Assembly (NCBI GenBank): GCA_026397205.1
Contig: JAPLVH010000006.1
Span: 13,392-77,391, forward strand
From: Candidatus Berkelbacteria bacterium
GTDB lineage: Bacteria > Patescibacteriota > UBA1384 > XYA2-FULL-43-10 > CAINNR01
Direction of reading: 5' to 3'
Length of the DNA stretch: 64,000 nucleotides
Shown: positions 34,609-44,258 of the stretch, piece after piece
Numbering within the stretch: the stretch's first letter is position 1
How the letters are laid out: each line of letters opens with the position of its first letter
The notes under the pieces: generated by a model
Told to the model about the DNA's origin: nothing
Seen by the model: only the letters and a program-made list of their open reading frames with translations
Databases searched by the model: none
Program-made: the position numbers and the translations under genes

Positions 34609-36245
34609 AATTTTCTTTTGATTTTTAGAATTTTAGACCATGTTTGAATCAAAATTCCCGATTTTTGACCGAAAATTTCGACCGATTTGAGCGACTTCTT
34701 CAACTCCGATTTAGTTTTGAAATCGTCCAGAATATTCAGCGATCTTGGCAATTCGATTTTTAGGTGCGCATCGCCAGCGACAATTTTTGGTTTGTGGTAT
34801 TTTTCCGCCAGATTTTCGGCGAAATTATTGGCTGACTGAAAAAGATTCCGCGAGTTAAAAATCTCGACAATGTCAATTTGGTTGATGATCTTTTCCGACA
34901 ACTCCCGATTGATCGCCGACCTACGAACTGTGTCGCCCGGGTGCGGCAGGCAAACCAGTCCACCCTGGCGCTTGATCTCCTCAATCGCCTCCGCCAGTAG
35001 TGTAAATTTAGCAATTTTCTTCTCTAAAAACAAACCGATAATTTCGCCCTCCGGCGTTCGAATCTCCTCGCCGATTATCACCAGCGGATTTCCGGCGGCA
35101 ATTTTTTTGACTGCCAACGCGCCGGCAATTTCGTTGTGGTCGCAAATTGCGACGATGGTAATTTTATTTTCCCGACAATATCCGACGATATCTTCCGGCG
35201 TCAATCGGCCATCAGATGAAAAATTAGTATGAACATGAAACAGCATTTTGACTTTTCCGACTGCCGACTGCCGACTGCCTCTTGCGCTAGCTGACTCTGT
35301 GGGGACTGCCGACTTTTTGCCAAATCTCCTTTCGGCAACCAATAAAAAAAATGTTCCGACAATGACGGCAAACCAGAGCGTCACCGCCCGAATCAGAATC
35401 GTTGCAAAAGCCGCCGTGCCTGAGTTGATTGACAAAAATTTCAGTAAACCGGCGATTGAACCATCGGTGACTCCAAGACCGGCCGGAAGCATCATAACCG
35501 CACCGATAATCGTCGAGAAACAGTAAACGAAAAAACCGGCGAAAACGCTGATATTTAATTTTAGAAGAACGAGAATTAAATAAAAATCTAGCGCCTCAAA
35601 TGACCAGGCGATAATCGAAACAAAAAAGGGAAAAATAATCCTTTTGGGCAGAAGCAAATTGTAAGAGGTTTCATAGAGATCCATAATTCGATTTGCGTGT
35701 TTCGAAACAAATTTTATTTTGGTTAAAAACCTAAAAAACGTTAACCCGACCGGCCTGATCAAAATCACTAAAATAACTGCCACGATCAAGAAAAATATTA
35801 TCCAGATGACATTTTTTCCATATGAAAAACCGTAGGCGCCGATTGCAGAAATTGTCAGAAAAGCCATCAGGTCCGCCAACCGGTCGGCAAAAACAATCGG
35901 CGCGGTTCGCGACACCGGAACATTAAATCCGGTCTTCAAAAAATAGGATTTAACCACTTCGCCGAGTTTTCCCGGCGTGATAGTTAACGATAGGCCGGAG
36001 ATAAAAATGATAAACGAGTCAATCGGCGGAATTTTTATCCTTAAAATTTTCAGATAGTATTGCCATTTGATAAACCGAACAAGATAATTTGAAAAAGCAA
36101 TGACAAGTAGCAGTGGCAAATACCTCCAATTAAAACCGGTAAATGCCTGCAGAAGACCGTTCTTGACTCCCCAAGCCGCCAAAATCAGGTAGACGACAAC
36201 CGCAAGCGCCAAACTGTAAATAATCTTTCTGGAAATATTTTTCAT
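34596..36245 (-). CDS. Fusion protein: N-terminal UPF0104 (lysylphosphatidylglycerol-synthase-TM-like flippase) domain + C-terminal PHP-domain phosphoesterase. The linker is encoded by a heptamer mini-element.
   Basis: TM region about 300 aa. 'MLFHVHTNFSSDGRLTPEDIV...ICDHNEIAGA' is PHP. The linker 'SAVPTESASARGSRQSAVGKVKM' is encoded by the 35247-35322 repeat. Confidence 0.55.
   Translation of the reverse strand: MKNISRKIIYSLALAVVVYLILAAWGVKNGLLQAFTGFNWRYLPLLLVIAFSNYLVRFIKWQYYLKILRIKIPPIDSFIIFISGLSLTITPGKLGEVVKSYFLKTGFNVPVSRTAPIVFADRLADLMAFLTISAIGAYGFSYGKNVIWIIFFLIVAVILVILIRPVGLTFFRFLTKIKFVSKHANRIMDLYETSYNLLLPKRIIFPFFVSIIAWSFEALDFYLILVLLKLNISVFAGFFVYCFSTIIGAVMMLPAGLGVTDGSIAGLLKFLSINSGTAAFATILIRAVTLWFAVIVGTFFLLVAERRFGKKSAVPTESASARGSRQSAVGKVKMLFHVHTNFSSDGRLTPEDIVGYCRENKITIVAICDHNEIAGALAVKKIAAGNPLVIIGEEIRTPEGEIIGLFLEKKIAKFTLLAEAIEEIKRQGGLVCLPHPGDTVRRSAINRELSEKIINQIDIVEIFNSRNLFQSANNFAENLAEKYHKPKIVAGDAHLKIELPRSLNILDDFKTKSELKKSLKSVEIFGQKSGILIQTWSKILKIKRKLCPK
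35247..35322. repeat. Mini-element variant: (CCGACTG)3, GCTAGCTGACTCTGTGGGGA module, CTGCCGACT. Forms the inter-domain linker of the UPF0104-PHP fusion.
   Basis: 'ttttgacttttccgactgccgactgccgactgcctcttgcgctagctgactctgtggggactgccgactttttgcc'. A related 'caactgccgactgtcaact' is at 33378-33400. Confidence 0.65.
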
Positions 36246-36246
36246 C

Positions 36247-37116
36247 TTAGTGGTATGAATATATTAAAGCTATGGCGCCGAGCCAGAAAACAAAGGTCAT
36301 TATCAGCTGTTTGTCTCCGAGAATAACTTGAACCGGATCGCCACCATCACTGCGATTATAAATCAAATGAAAATAGCGAAAGATGCCGAAAACCACCAGC
36401 GGAGTGGTATAAATCAAGCGATCGGTTTGAAAATGAGCGACGGTTGCCGGATCAATAGTATAAAGAGCGTAAAAAACAACCGAAATTCCGGCGGTCAGCG
36501 CCAGCATTTGGTCAATAAAACTCTCGGTGTATTCACTGATTGATCGGCGGTGAGCTTTATTTTCCTCCGACAGAATCAGCATTTCGTTCTTTCGTTTGCC
36601 GAAAGCCAAGAATAGTGAAATAAAAAAGGTGCAAAGAAGAAGCCAGTGCGACGCCGAAACATTGATCGCCAGGGCACCGGCGATCACCCGAAGAACATAA
36701 CCGAGAGAGATAATCATTACATCAACTATCGGCAAATGTTTCAGACCGAAAGTATAAAACAAATTGATGATTAAGTAGAACAAGCAGATGTAGTACACTT
36801 TGACACCGACAAAAGTTGCCAGCGCTGTGCCGGCGACGAGTAATAGAGCAAAAAAGATGAATGCCTGCCAAACTTTGATTTTTTTGGCGGCAATCGGCCG
36901 AAACTTTTTTGTCGGATGAAACCGGTCACGACGAAAATCAAAAATATCGTTTAGAACATAAATCGCCGAAGCAAAAAGGGAGAAAGCCAGAAAAGCGGAC
37001 ACCGCCTGCCAGACGCTTGCCGACTCGAACTTGAAGGCGAACAAGAGCGGAGCAAAAATCAAGAGATTTTTGACCAACTGTTTCGGCCGAAGAAGTCGGA
37101 GAAAATCAATCATCAC
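36247..37116 (-). CDS. UbiA-family prenyltransferase (decaprenyl-phosphate phosphoribosyltransferase-like)
   Basis: 289 aa, about 8 TM helices. 'KNLLIFAPLLFA' N-terminal motif and Asp-rich 'NDIFDFRRD' prenyl-diphosphate motif. Confidence 0.55.
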   Translation of the reverse strand: MMIDFLRLLRPKQLVKNLLIFAPLLFAFKFESASVWQAVSAFLAFSLFASAIYVLNDIFDFRRDRFHPTKKFRPIAAKKIKVWQAFIFFALLLVAGTALATFVGVKVYYICLFYLIINLFYTFGLKHLPIVDVMIISLGYVLRVIAGALAINVSASHWLLLCTFFISLFLAFGKRKNEMLILSEENKAHRRSISEYTESFIDQMLALTAGISVVFYALYTIDPATVAHFQTDRLIYTTPLVVFGIFRYFHLIYNRSDGGDPVQVILGDKQLIMTFVFWLGAIALIYSYH

Positions 37117-40100
37117 TTTTCCTCCGTTTCAGTTATTAGGTCAATTTGGACGCCGTTATCCAGAAATCTTCGCTCCTGCCCGGAAAAAATGTTGTAAGTG
37201 GCCGAGGTGCCGAATGAATAATTATTTTTTATGCCGACAGCGATAACGGATTCGGCCAAATTTTTGAAAGCCAGATTAAACTTTGTCCGATCGGACGAAG
37301 AGTAGTTGTCAAAAGTAATTTTTTCACTGCCGATGGTAATAATAATTTCCGAAGTCGGTTCAAGTTCGCAGACAAAAAGATCTTCAAAGTTCGCTTTGGC
37401 GCGAAATTGATTGACGACTCGAATCTGCTCCGGCCAATCGGAAGTTTTCGGCTGGTCCCGGATTACTGCCGATGCCAGCGGCAACGACTCCTCGCCGACA
37501 ATTTGCAAAATCGGCTTGCCAAGATTTTTTACATAAATAAAATTATTCTTATCAACTAATCTTGGATAGGTTTCGGGATTGATGTCAATAAAAACCGAGG
37601 TCAGATCGGTATAAAGTTGTCTCTTATTGATCAGATTTATTAACTCGCTCTCACCGATAATTTGATCCTGGTTGCGATAAAAAATTTGCTTTTTGCTATC
37701 ACCTAGCGGCGCTTTCTTGTAAATAATTTGCTCCGAATCGCTTTTAATTAAGCCGTCAGTGATAAAATAATTACCTTTATCTTCGGCCATTATTTTTAGA
37801 TCTTTGGAGCTTCTATAATATTCCCGAGCTAAAATAATCTCCTTTTCCAGCACCGGATAAAAAAAGCTAAACTGACAAATAAAAATCAATAAAATCAGCG
37901 TCGGATACGACCAGTTTCTGAAAAGTTGGCGAAAATTTGCCACTGCCAGAGCTACAAGCAGTGACATCGGAGCAAAAAGTGGCGCAACAAATCGGCTGTC
38001 GGCGAAAGTCGCGATGATCATCAAAAAATAGGGCAAAAACCAGAGCAGAAGTTTTTTCTTTTTGACAAAATAAACTCCAAGCAAACTGAAAAACAGCATC
38101 AGTGAAAATGTCAGCATTTTTAAAACTTTGAAGAGTTCTGCCGGCAGTTGATTCATACTTATCTCGTTACCGGAAAGGTCACCGTCGAGGGCAAAAAGAT
38201 ATTGAATTTTGCTTAGCGCCAATTTGGAAAACACAAGCGGATTTCTGACAATCCACTTCGCTGCGACTCTGGTAGATTTATGATCCAACTGGCTTTCGCT
38301 CAAAGTCGCACCACCGGTAATTCCGTTTTCCGTCAGATAATCCCTGCTCGGCCAAAAAGCCGCCCGGCCGTTAATATTATATGGATTATTTCCAAGCAAA
38401 TAGTTGATGCCGCCGTTGGTCGAAATCAAAACCGCTGATTTGGCGACAATAGTTGACCTCGCCGACCAGCCAATGACCGGGATCAGCGCCCAAATTAGAA
38501 AAACCAGAACCGTTTTGTTTAGCTTTCGTTTCCAAATCCAAGAGAAAAAAAATAAAAGGCCAAAAACCAAAAGATAAATCAGGAAAGTCGGTCGGACCAA
38601 AATCAACCAACCGAAAGCCAAACCGGAAACGATTAGCGTCAGATAGCGATAACGGTTTTTTTGACCGAGAAAATAATAGTAGAAAAAAGCCGAAATGATT
38701 AGCAGTGACAGCGTCAGTGATTCAGTCCAAAAGCTGTTGTTGATGAGATAAATCGTGAAATTTCCGCCGTAAATGGCGGCAGTGATTGTGGCGATTTTCC
38801 GGCCGAAATATTTTTTTGCCAGCAAAAAAAGCAGAACGATGCTGATTAAAAATAACATCACCTGAGCGACTATTACCAATCTCCAGGAATTAAATTTGAT
38901 CAGATAAATCAAAGCAATAAACAGTGGGTAGCCCGGTGGACGATAAGTGCTGGCACCGTGACCGACGATATTCGGCAAAAAATTTTCCGCGTAAATATGC
39001 GACTGGGCCAAACTTTTTGCCAGCCGGTTATAATCGTAGGAATCAGCGAGAAGCAGGTTCGGATTGTTCGGGTAATGGAAAAAAAATAGGACTGAAACCG
39101 CCGTCGCCAGCAACAAAATCAGAAAAAGCCATTTATTTTCTAAAAATATTTTCCAAAAATTTTTTATCATCGTATTTAACTTTGGGGTTAAGATGAATTT
39201 TTTAGAATATATTCGATCATTAAAGGTGATAAAACAGAGATAAACAAATAGCGCTAGACTGATTAATGACATTATATCAGTCACGGGTCCCAGTAATTGA
39301 TGATTGGTCAAAATAGTTTGCATCAGATTAAAATCTCGGCCGAAACCGTAAAAAAGAAAGTCCTGGGCGAAGAAAAAAATACTGACAAAAAGATAGATTA
39401 AAAAATAGCGCTTATTAAGAACGGCTATGAGCGCCAGTAGCGGAATCATTAAAAAATAGTGGTTAATTAATATCCCGGTCTCCAACATAAAATAGCCGTA
39501 AACTCCCAGAGCGGCAGCAAAAATAATTATTTCTCTCTTTTTACTTTTGCTCCGCAATAGATAGCGAACATTGAAAAAAGTAAAGATCAGAAAAATAAGA
39601 TGGCCGATATAAGATATCCTAACACCAAAAAGCTTGCTGTTCAGGTTGCCGGAGACAATTTTGGGTCCGAGGTGGTATTGGAAAAACCACCAGGCGTTAA
39701 GCGCCTCACTGGTTAGCTGTGAAGTATTAAAATTTTTTACCGATAGCACATTTGTTGCCATACTTAGGGCATGATGGCTAACAATAAACGGCAGAGAGAT
39801 AATCAGGGCGGTGATAATGGTTACGGTACTGGCCAATAAATTTTTCCTCCAGCCGATATCTTTTAATCCGGCGAAGAAAATAATCGGAGCAATCAAAATT
39901 CCCTGGGGTTTGGTCATAAACGAAAAGGCAAGGAGAATATAGGAGTAGAGGGTTTTTTTGTTGTAAGCAAAAATCACCGACATCACGACAAAAAAAGCGC
40001 AAAGCATATCTTGATATCCCTGAATCGGCGAATTCAGCAGGACTAATGGGCTTAGCCAAAAGAGTAGCGCCGCCCACCTGGCTTCATTTGGTGATCTTAT

Positions 40101-40550
40101 TTTTTTGACAAACAGATAGACCGCCGCCGCAATTAAGATTGAGGCGACAAGTGGAATCAGATTATTAAAAAAATTATAAAGCCGGGCGTTTGGCATCTCC
40201 GGACGAATCATTTTATACAGATGACCAGTTGTAAATAAGGCATAAATCAACACCGGCGGTTGGGTGCACTGAAAGACATTGCGAAGATATTTATAAGAGT
40301 CGTAGGGAATCATTCTCCGTGTTTGCTGATTAATTTCCACCAGCGACGCATGGCCGATTAGAGGCAAGACTTTTTTGTCCTCCTCCCCGTAAATATTTAA
40401 GAGGCTTTCTTTGGAAGCATATTCCGACCAGGCCTTCCACCACTCAACATCCTGCGTGCCAAGAAAAAAACTTCCAGTGATCCTGATCACCAGTCCTATG
40501 ACCAGCAAGATAATAAATATACTATTTTTGATCTTAATTTTTTTGAACAT
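37113..40550 (-). CDS. Giant (1145 aa) polytopic membrane glycosyltransferase with two PMT/ArnT-like GT-C modules
   Basis: Two separate blocks of about 12 TM helices (residues about 1-440 and 470-880), each with ArnT/PMT-like loops (e.g. 'YRPPGYPLFIALIY'). C-terminal soluble domain. Confidence 0.55.
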   Translation of the reverse strand: MFKKIKIKNSIFIILLVIGLVIRITGSFFLGTQDVEWWKAWSEYASKESLLNIYGEEDKKVLPLIGHASLVEINQQTRRMIPYDSYKYLRNVFQCTQPPVLIYALFTTGHLYKMIRPEMPNARLYNFFNNLIPLVASILIAAAVYLFVKKIRSPNEARWAALLFWLSPLVLLNSPIQGYQDMLCAFFVVMSVIFAYNKKTLYSYILLAFSFMTKPQGILIAPIIFFAGLKDIGWRKNLLASTVTIITALIISLPFIVSHHALSMATNVLSVKNFNTSQLTSEALNAWWFFQYHLGPKIVSGNLNSKLFGVRISYIGHLIFLIFTFFNVRYLLRSKSKKREIIIFAAALGVYGYFMLETGILINHYFLMIPLLALIAVLNKRYFLIYLFVSIFFFAQDFLFYGFGRDFNLMQTILTNHQLLGPVTDIMSLISLALFVYLCFITFNDRIYSKKFILTPKLNTMIKNFWKIFLENKWLFLILLLATAVSVLFFFHYPNNPNLLLADSYDYNRLAKSLAQSHIYAENFLPNIVGHGASTYRPPGYPLFIALIYLIKFNSWRLVIVAQVMLFLISIVLLFLLAKKYFGRKIATITAAIYGGNFTIYLINNSFWTESLTLSLLIISAFFYYYFLGQKNRYRYLTLIVSGLAFGWLILVRPTFLIYLLVFGLLFFFSWIWKRKLNKTVLVFLIWALIPVIGWSARSTIVAKSAVLISTNGGINYLLGNNPYNINGRAAFWPSRDYLTENGITGGATLSESQLDHKSTRVAAKWIVRNPLVFSKLALSKIQYLFALDGDLSGNEISMNQLPAELFKVLKMLTFSLMLFFSLLGVYFVKKKKLLLWFLPYFLMIIATFADSRFVAPLFAPMSLLVALAVANFRQLFRNWSYPTLILLIFICQFSFFYPVLEKEIILAREYYRSSKDLKIMAEDKGNYFITDGLIKSDSEQIIYKKAPLGDSKKQIFYRNQDQIIGESELINLINKRQLYTDLTSVFIDINPETYPRLVDKNNFIYVKNLGKPILQIVGEESLPLASAVIRDQPKTSDWPEQIRVVNQFRAKANFEDLFVCELEPTSEIIITIGSEKITFDNYSSSDRTKFNLAFKNLAESVIAVGIKNNYSFGTSATYNIFSGQERRFLDNGVQIDLITETEEK

Positions 40551-40566
40551 AGTTAGAAATTGAAAT

Positions 40567-41445
40567 TCAGTGCTTGATTAAAATTGTAAACAACTTCGTG
40601 GTTGCAAGATCGGCTTTAGAGTATCTCTGAAAATCTTTTGAAATTGCTGGGGCGGGCGCTAGCGCCTTTTTTTCGACTTCGGACCGGCAAAATATCTCTT
40701 GCAAGTCGTTAATCATAAATTCTTTTTTGTAGTCCGATGCTCTTAACCGATTAGTGTAAAAAATTGTGCCACGAGTTAATTTATTCCAACGATCTTCGCC
40801 ATAACGATAAAAATTGAGAGGGCAGATAACATTGATATGATCGCGCAAATCAATCTCATGAATCATTATTCCGCCTTTTTTTATATATCTTGAAAGATTT
40901 TTTATTGCCGCCGGCAACTTTTTTCTGTCAATATGTTCAAAAACAGCTTGGGAAATTACAACATCAAAGGTGTTTTCGAAAGATTTATTGAAATGGGTAA
41001 TATCTAATTTTCTAAATTTGAATGGGGGTTTAATTTTAATTTTGTCACCATTAAATTTAATAAATGATTTGACCTCGGACCAATATTTTTTGCTGATTTC
41101 TCCGACAATTTTCTTCTCGTTCCTTATCCAGTTCGCGTCCGTGAGTAAATTGGAGTATAAATCCGTTGCCAGCCAGGACTTGCAACCTGCGGCGACAAAA
41201 AAGTAGCCCATACCAACCGAGCCGCCCGAACCGACTTCAAGCACCGAGAGACCGGAAAGTGACAGACCGGCTTTGTCCAGATACTTTTTCAGCAATAAAT
41301 ACTCTCGGCGATAATCATCCAGCGATCGCTTTTCCCAAAAAGAGAAAAACGAATTTACCGCCGGCAAATGAACAATCTTTAAAAGAATTGGCGTGGCGCC
41401 AATTTTTTGGATAAAATTAAGTCCTTTTCTGGTTATTGATTTCAT
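40567..41445 (-). CDS. Class I SAM-dependent methyltransferase
   Basis: Motif I 'VLEVGSGGSVGMGYF', motif post-I 'ATDLY'. Confidence 0.6.
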   Translation of the reverse strand: MKSITRKGLNFIQKIGATPILLKIVHLPAVNSFFSFWEKRSLDDYRREYLLLKKYLDKAGLSLSGLSVLEVGSGGSVGMGYFFVAAGCKSWLATDLYSNLLTDANWIRNEKKIVGEISKKYWSEVKSFIKFNGDKIKIKPPFKFRKLDITHFNKSFENTFDVVISQAVFEHIDRKKLPAAIKNLSRYIKKGGIMIHEIDLRDHINVICPLNFYRYGEDRWNKLTRGTIFYTNRLRASDYKKEFMINDLQEIFCRSEVEKKALAPAPAISKDFQRYSKADLATTKLFTILIKH

Positions 41446-42128
41446 CGGCGATGAGAGTTCGGATCAAAGATTATAATAATGACCAAAAATCCAATCAAAA
41501 CGGCCAAAAGTATTTCATAGCAAAGGGAAAATTTCCGGTCTTGACTAAATTTATTCCACGATTCTCTGGCGATGTGTTTGATATTTTCATGATAAATAAT
41601 TCTCGGCGAAGTGTTGATAAATTCGTCAGGATTCATATCGCGGTTAAAAAACTTTAAGCTGTTTTGGGAGTCAAGATCGGACAAGAGGACAAATTTTACT
41701 GCCACCGGTTGAGTATTATCAACTTTAAGCGGCAAAAATTTAATTTGGTTCAGGCCCTTTTTTATCTCGCTGATTTTAATCAGTTTTTGAAAAGTCAGCG
41801 GCTGGTTATTTAATGATTTGTAATTTATCGTTAATTCCAAACTCTTCTGATTTTCTCCGGCGATTAAATAATCTCGATGAAAATAAACTTCCAGGCCAGA
41901 AATTTGGTTGCGAATCGGTGTAAAAGTGAAGGCCGAACTGTCACCGGCTACGTCTAAATTTTGATTTAATCCCTCTGGCTCGGTGTGATAATGATATTCG
42001 GAAAAATCAAAGACTCCGAACCAAAAAATCGTTGCCAGCGCTGCCAGAGACAAAAGAGCGATTGATGTTTTAAGTGGGTTTAGTTTCATTTCTGGATTTG
42101 TAAAGAATAAAAGCCAAAAGGCCAGCAA
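41442..42128 (-). CDS. Hypothetical membrane-anchored extracytoplasmic protein
   Basis: N-terminal TM helix; 228 aa; no recognised domain. Confidence 0.4.
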   Translation of the reverse strand: MLAFWLLFFTNPEMKLNPLKTSIALLSLAALATIFWFGVFDFSEYHYHTEPEGLNQNLDVAGDSSAFTFTPIRNQISGLEVYFHRDYLIAGENQKSLELTINYKSLNNQPLTFQKLIKISEIKKGLNQIKFLPLKVDNTQPVAVKFVLLSDLDSQNSLKFFNRDMNPDEFINTSPRIIYHENIKHIARESWNKFSQDRKFSLCYEILLAVLIGFLVIIIIFDPNSHRR

Positions 42129-43332
42129 AAATTACCAACAGTGTGTGGAAAATTGAGACCACCAGATAGCGGTCAATATTTAGAAGATGATTTGCCGCCA
42201 AACTACTCATGTTCGGAAAAAGTGATGGGTCAAGCGGCGAGAACAGTGTCCAGCTAACCGCAGCCCCATAATAAATTTCAATAAAAAGAAAATAGCTGAC
42301 GAACAAACCAAGCATTGGTAGAAGGGTTTTCCTGTTCTGGGCAAAAATTATGATTAAAAATGGCATAATCCAAACCGGATAGTGCGGATTGAAATAGCCG
42401 AAACTTAAATAAGTCAGAAAAGCGATGGCGGAATAATTTGAGAATTTAAAGAACGACCGTTTTTTATCGTAGTAAAACAAAATCAAAACCAGCAGGTAGA
42501 GAACTGGGAAAATCGAGGTTGTGGTAAAACCGGAACCGATCTGGCCGGAGAAAAACAGTTTGTAACTGTCGCCAAGGGTCAAGTCGGGCAACAAACTGCC
42601 GCCGCCAAGAAAGGAGATTAACTGGCTTATCAGCAACACCGGCAGAAGCCCAGAAATTGAATATTTTATCGCCTCTTTCCAATTTTTGGAGAAATAAATC
42701 ACTAGAAATGGAAGTATTAACAGATAGCTAGTCCGACAAGCCAGCGCTAGGCCAATAAAGATCAAAGACCAAAAGCTTTTATTGCGATAAGCGAAATATA
42801 AAGCCAGAAAGGTAAAAAGCAGGCCGAAAATTTCGTAGCGGCCCCAAATATAAACCGAGTAAAGCGTGAGTGGACACAGGGCCCAAAAGGCGACCATCCG
42901 AAGTTTTCTGGTCCAATCGGGGAAGAGTTTCCAGGCGAAAAACAGCAGAAGCAAGTCGGTGAGTAAAAATGGAAATTTCAGGACGAAAAGCAGCCGAGCC
43001 GAGTGGACGGAATTAACAAAAAGATTGTAGCCATTGGGATTAATACTACCGGTGGTAAAAAACTCCGGCTTAAAGAGCCCGGGCAACTCTCTGGTCAGAG
43101 GTGAAACGGCTTTAAGGTAAAAACAGAGCAGAAATTCCGGGACCGCGCCGCTGATTCGGAAATTGCCACCAAAGGCGTAAAGTGATTCTCTCCAGGTCGC
43201 GGAAAGCAGATCGGCATGAGTAGTTAAAGGCATTAGCAACATTCGGATAAGAAGTCCAACCAAAATCCAAATCAAAACAAGCCGTAACTTTGGTTCAAAT
43301 ATTTTAGCGATAACTTTTTTTAAAGCGATCAT
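42070..43332 (-). CDS. Polytopic membrane protein (GT-C/DUF2029-like mannosyltransferase candidate)
   Basis: 420 aa, about 11 TM helices. Translationally coupled to neighbours. Confidence 0.4.
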   Translation of the reverse strand: MIALKKVIAKIFEPKLRLVLIWILVGLLIRMLLMPLTTHADLLSATWRESLYAFGGNFRISGAVPEFLLCFYLKAVSPLTRELPGLFKPEFFTTGSINPNGYNLFVNSVHSARLLFVLKFPFLLTDLLLLFFAWKLFPDWTRKLRMVAFWALCPLTLYSVYIWGRYEIFGLLFTFLALYFAYRNKSFWSLIFIGLALACRTSYLLILPFLVIYFSKNWKEAIKYSISGLLPVLLISQLISFLGGGSLLPDLTLGDSYKLFFSGQIGSGFTTTSIFPVLYLLVLILFYYDKKRSFFKFSNYSAIAFLTYLSFGYFNPHYPVWIMPFLIIIFAQNRKTLLPMLGLFVSYFLFIEIYYGAAVSWTLFSPLDPSLFPNMSSLAANHLLNIDRYLVVSIFHTLLVIFAGLLAFILYKSRNETKPT

Positions 43333-44255
43333 TGTTTTTTCCCTGATCTGTAAATTATTAAGCCAAAAACTCCTTCAATCAGAGCAAAAATCCAAAGCAT
43401 CAGCGAAACTGACACCGCACCTTCCTTTGTCAATCCAAGACAGGAAGCGAAGAAAATATATAGCCATTCGCGGACTCCCAAACCGCCAATCGAAATCGGC
43501 AACATTGCGCCAAAACAAATAATTGGGACAGCGACAAAAAACCAGCCGATATTTACCTTGGGGTTTATCGCCAAGCCAATTAAAATGGTAATCGCGACGA
43601 CAAAAAAAACATAAACTAGCGACAATAAAAGACAGCGCAGGAAAACCAAAGCTGTTTTTTTGTTTTTGCCAAAAATAGAAACGAAAGCCGAGACCAAAAA
43701 TAGCAAAAAACTGATTGCAAGCCAAACCATCCATTGGTGAATGAATGATGAATAGTGGAAGCTGGTAAAAATAATCGAGGTAGCCAAAATTGTCAAAAGT
43801 CCGCAGAAACCGATCAGCCGGTCCCAAATCAAACTTATGACGCTGGTTTTTAGCCGAACATGGCTACGGGTTTTAAGCAGAATAAATTTGGAAATGTCGG
43901 CACCGACCGGCAGAAATAGTGAAGCAAAAAGGCCAAAAAAATAAAACCGGGTCATTTGCCAGAGAGTCAGATCGGATTTTAACAGGCGCAAAATCAGCTG
44001 ATGGCGTTTTATCGAAAAAAATTCGCTGATAAAAGTCAAAACCAGAGCGAGAAAAATGATTGAAAAATTGAGAGTTGAAAAAACTTTCCCAACGGCCGAC
44101 CAGTTGACTCTAAAAATCAGATAAATTATTAATCCGGCACTGACAATTATCCGCAAAAACTTTCCGGAAGTGCTTTTATCTTGCCAATCAAAAACCTTTT
44201 TACCAAAAACAATTAAAAGTCGAGTTTTTCTTCCTGTTTTCTCCGGCTGGCTCAT
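43329..44255 (-). CDS. UPF0104 family membrane protein (lysylphosphatidylglycerol synthase TM region-like / putative flippase)
   Basis: 308 aa, about 8 TM helices. Charged N-terminus then 'FLRIIVSAGLIIYLIFRVNW', typical of UPF0104. Confidence 0.5.
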   Translation of the reverse strand: MSQPEKTGRKTRLLIVFGKKVFDWQDKSTSGKFLRIIVSAGLIIYLIFRVNWSAVGKVFSTLNFSIIFLALVLTFISEFFSIKRHQLILRLLKSDLTLWQMTRFYFFGLFASLFLPVGADISKFILLKTRSHVRLKTSVISLIWDRLIGFCGLLTILATSIIFTSFHYSSFIHQWMVWLAISFLLFLVSAFVSIFGKNKKTALVFLRCLLLSLVYVFFVVAITILIGLAINPKVNIGWFFVAVPIICFGAMLPISIGGLGVREWLYIFFASCLGLTKEGAVSVSLMLWIFALIEGVFGLIIYRSGKKQ

Positions 44256-44258
44256 TTA

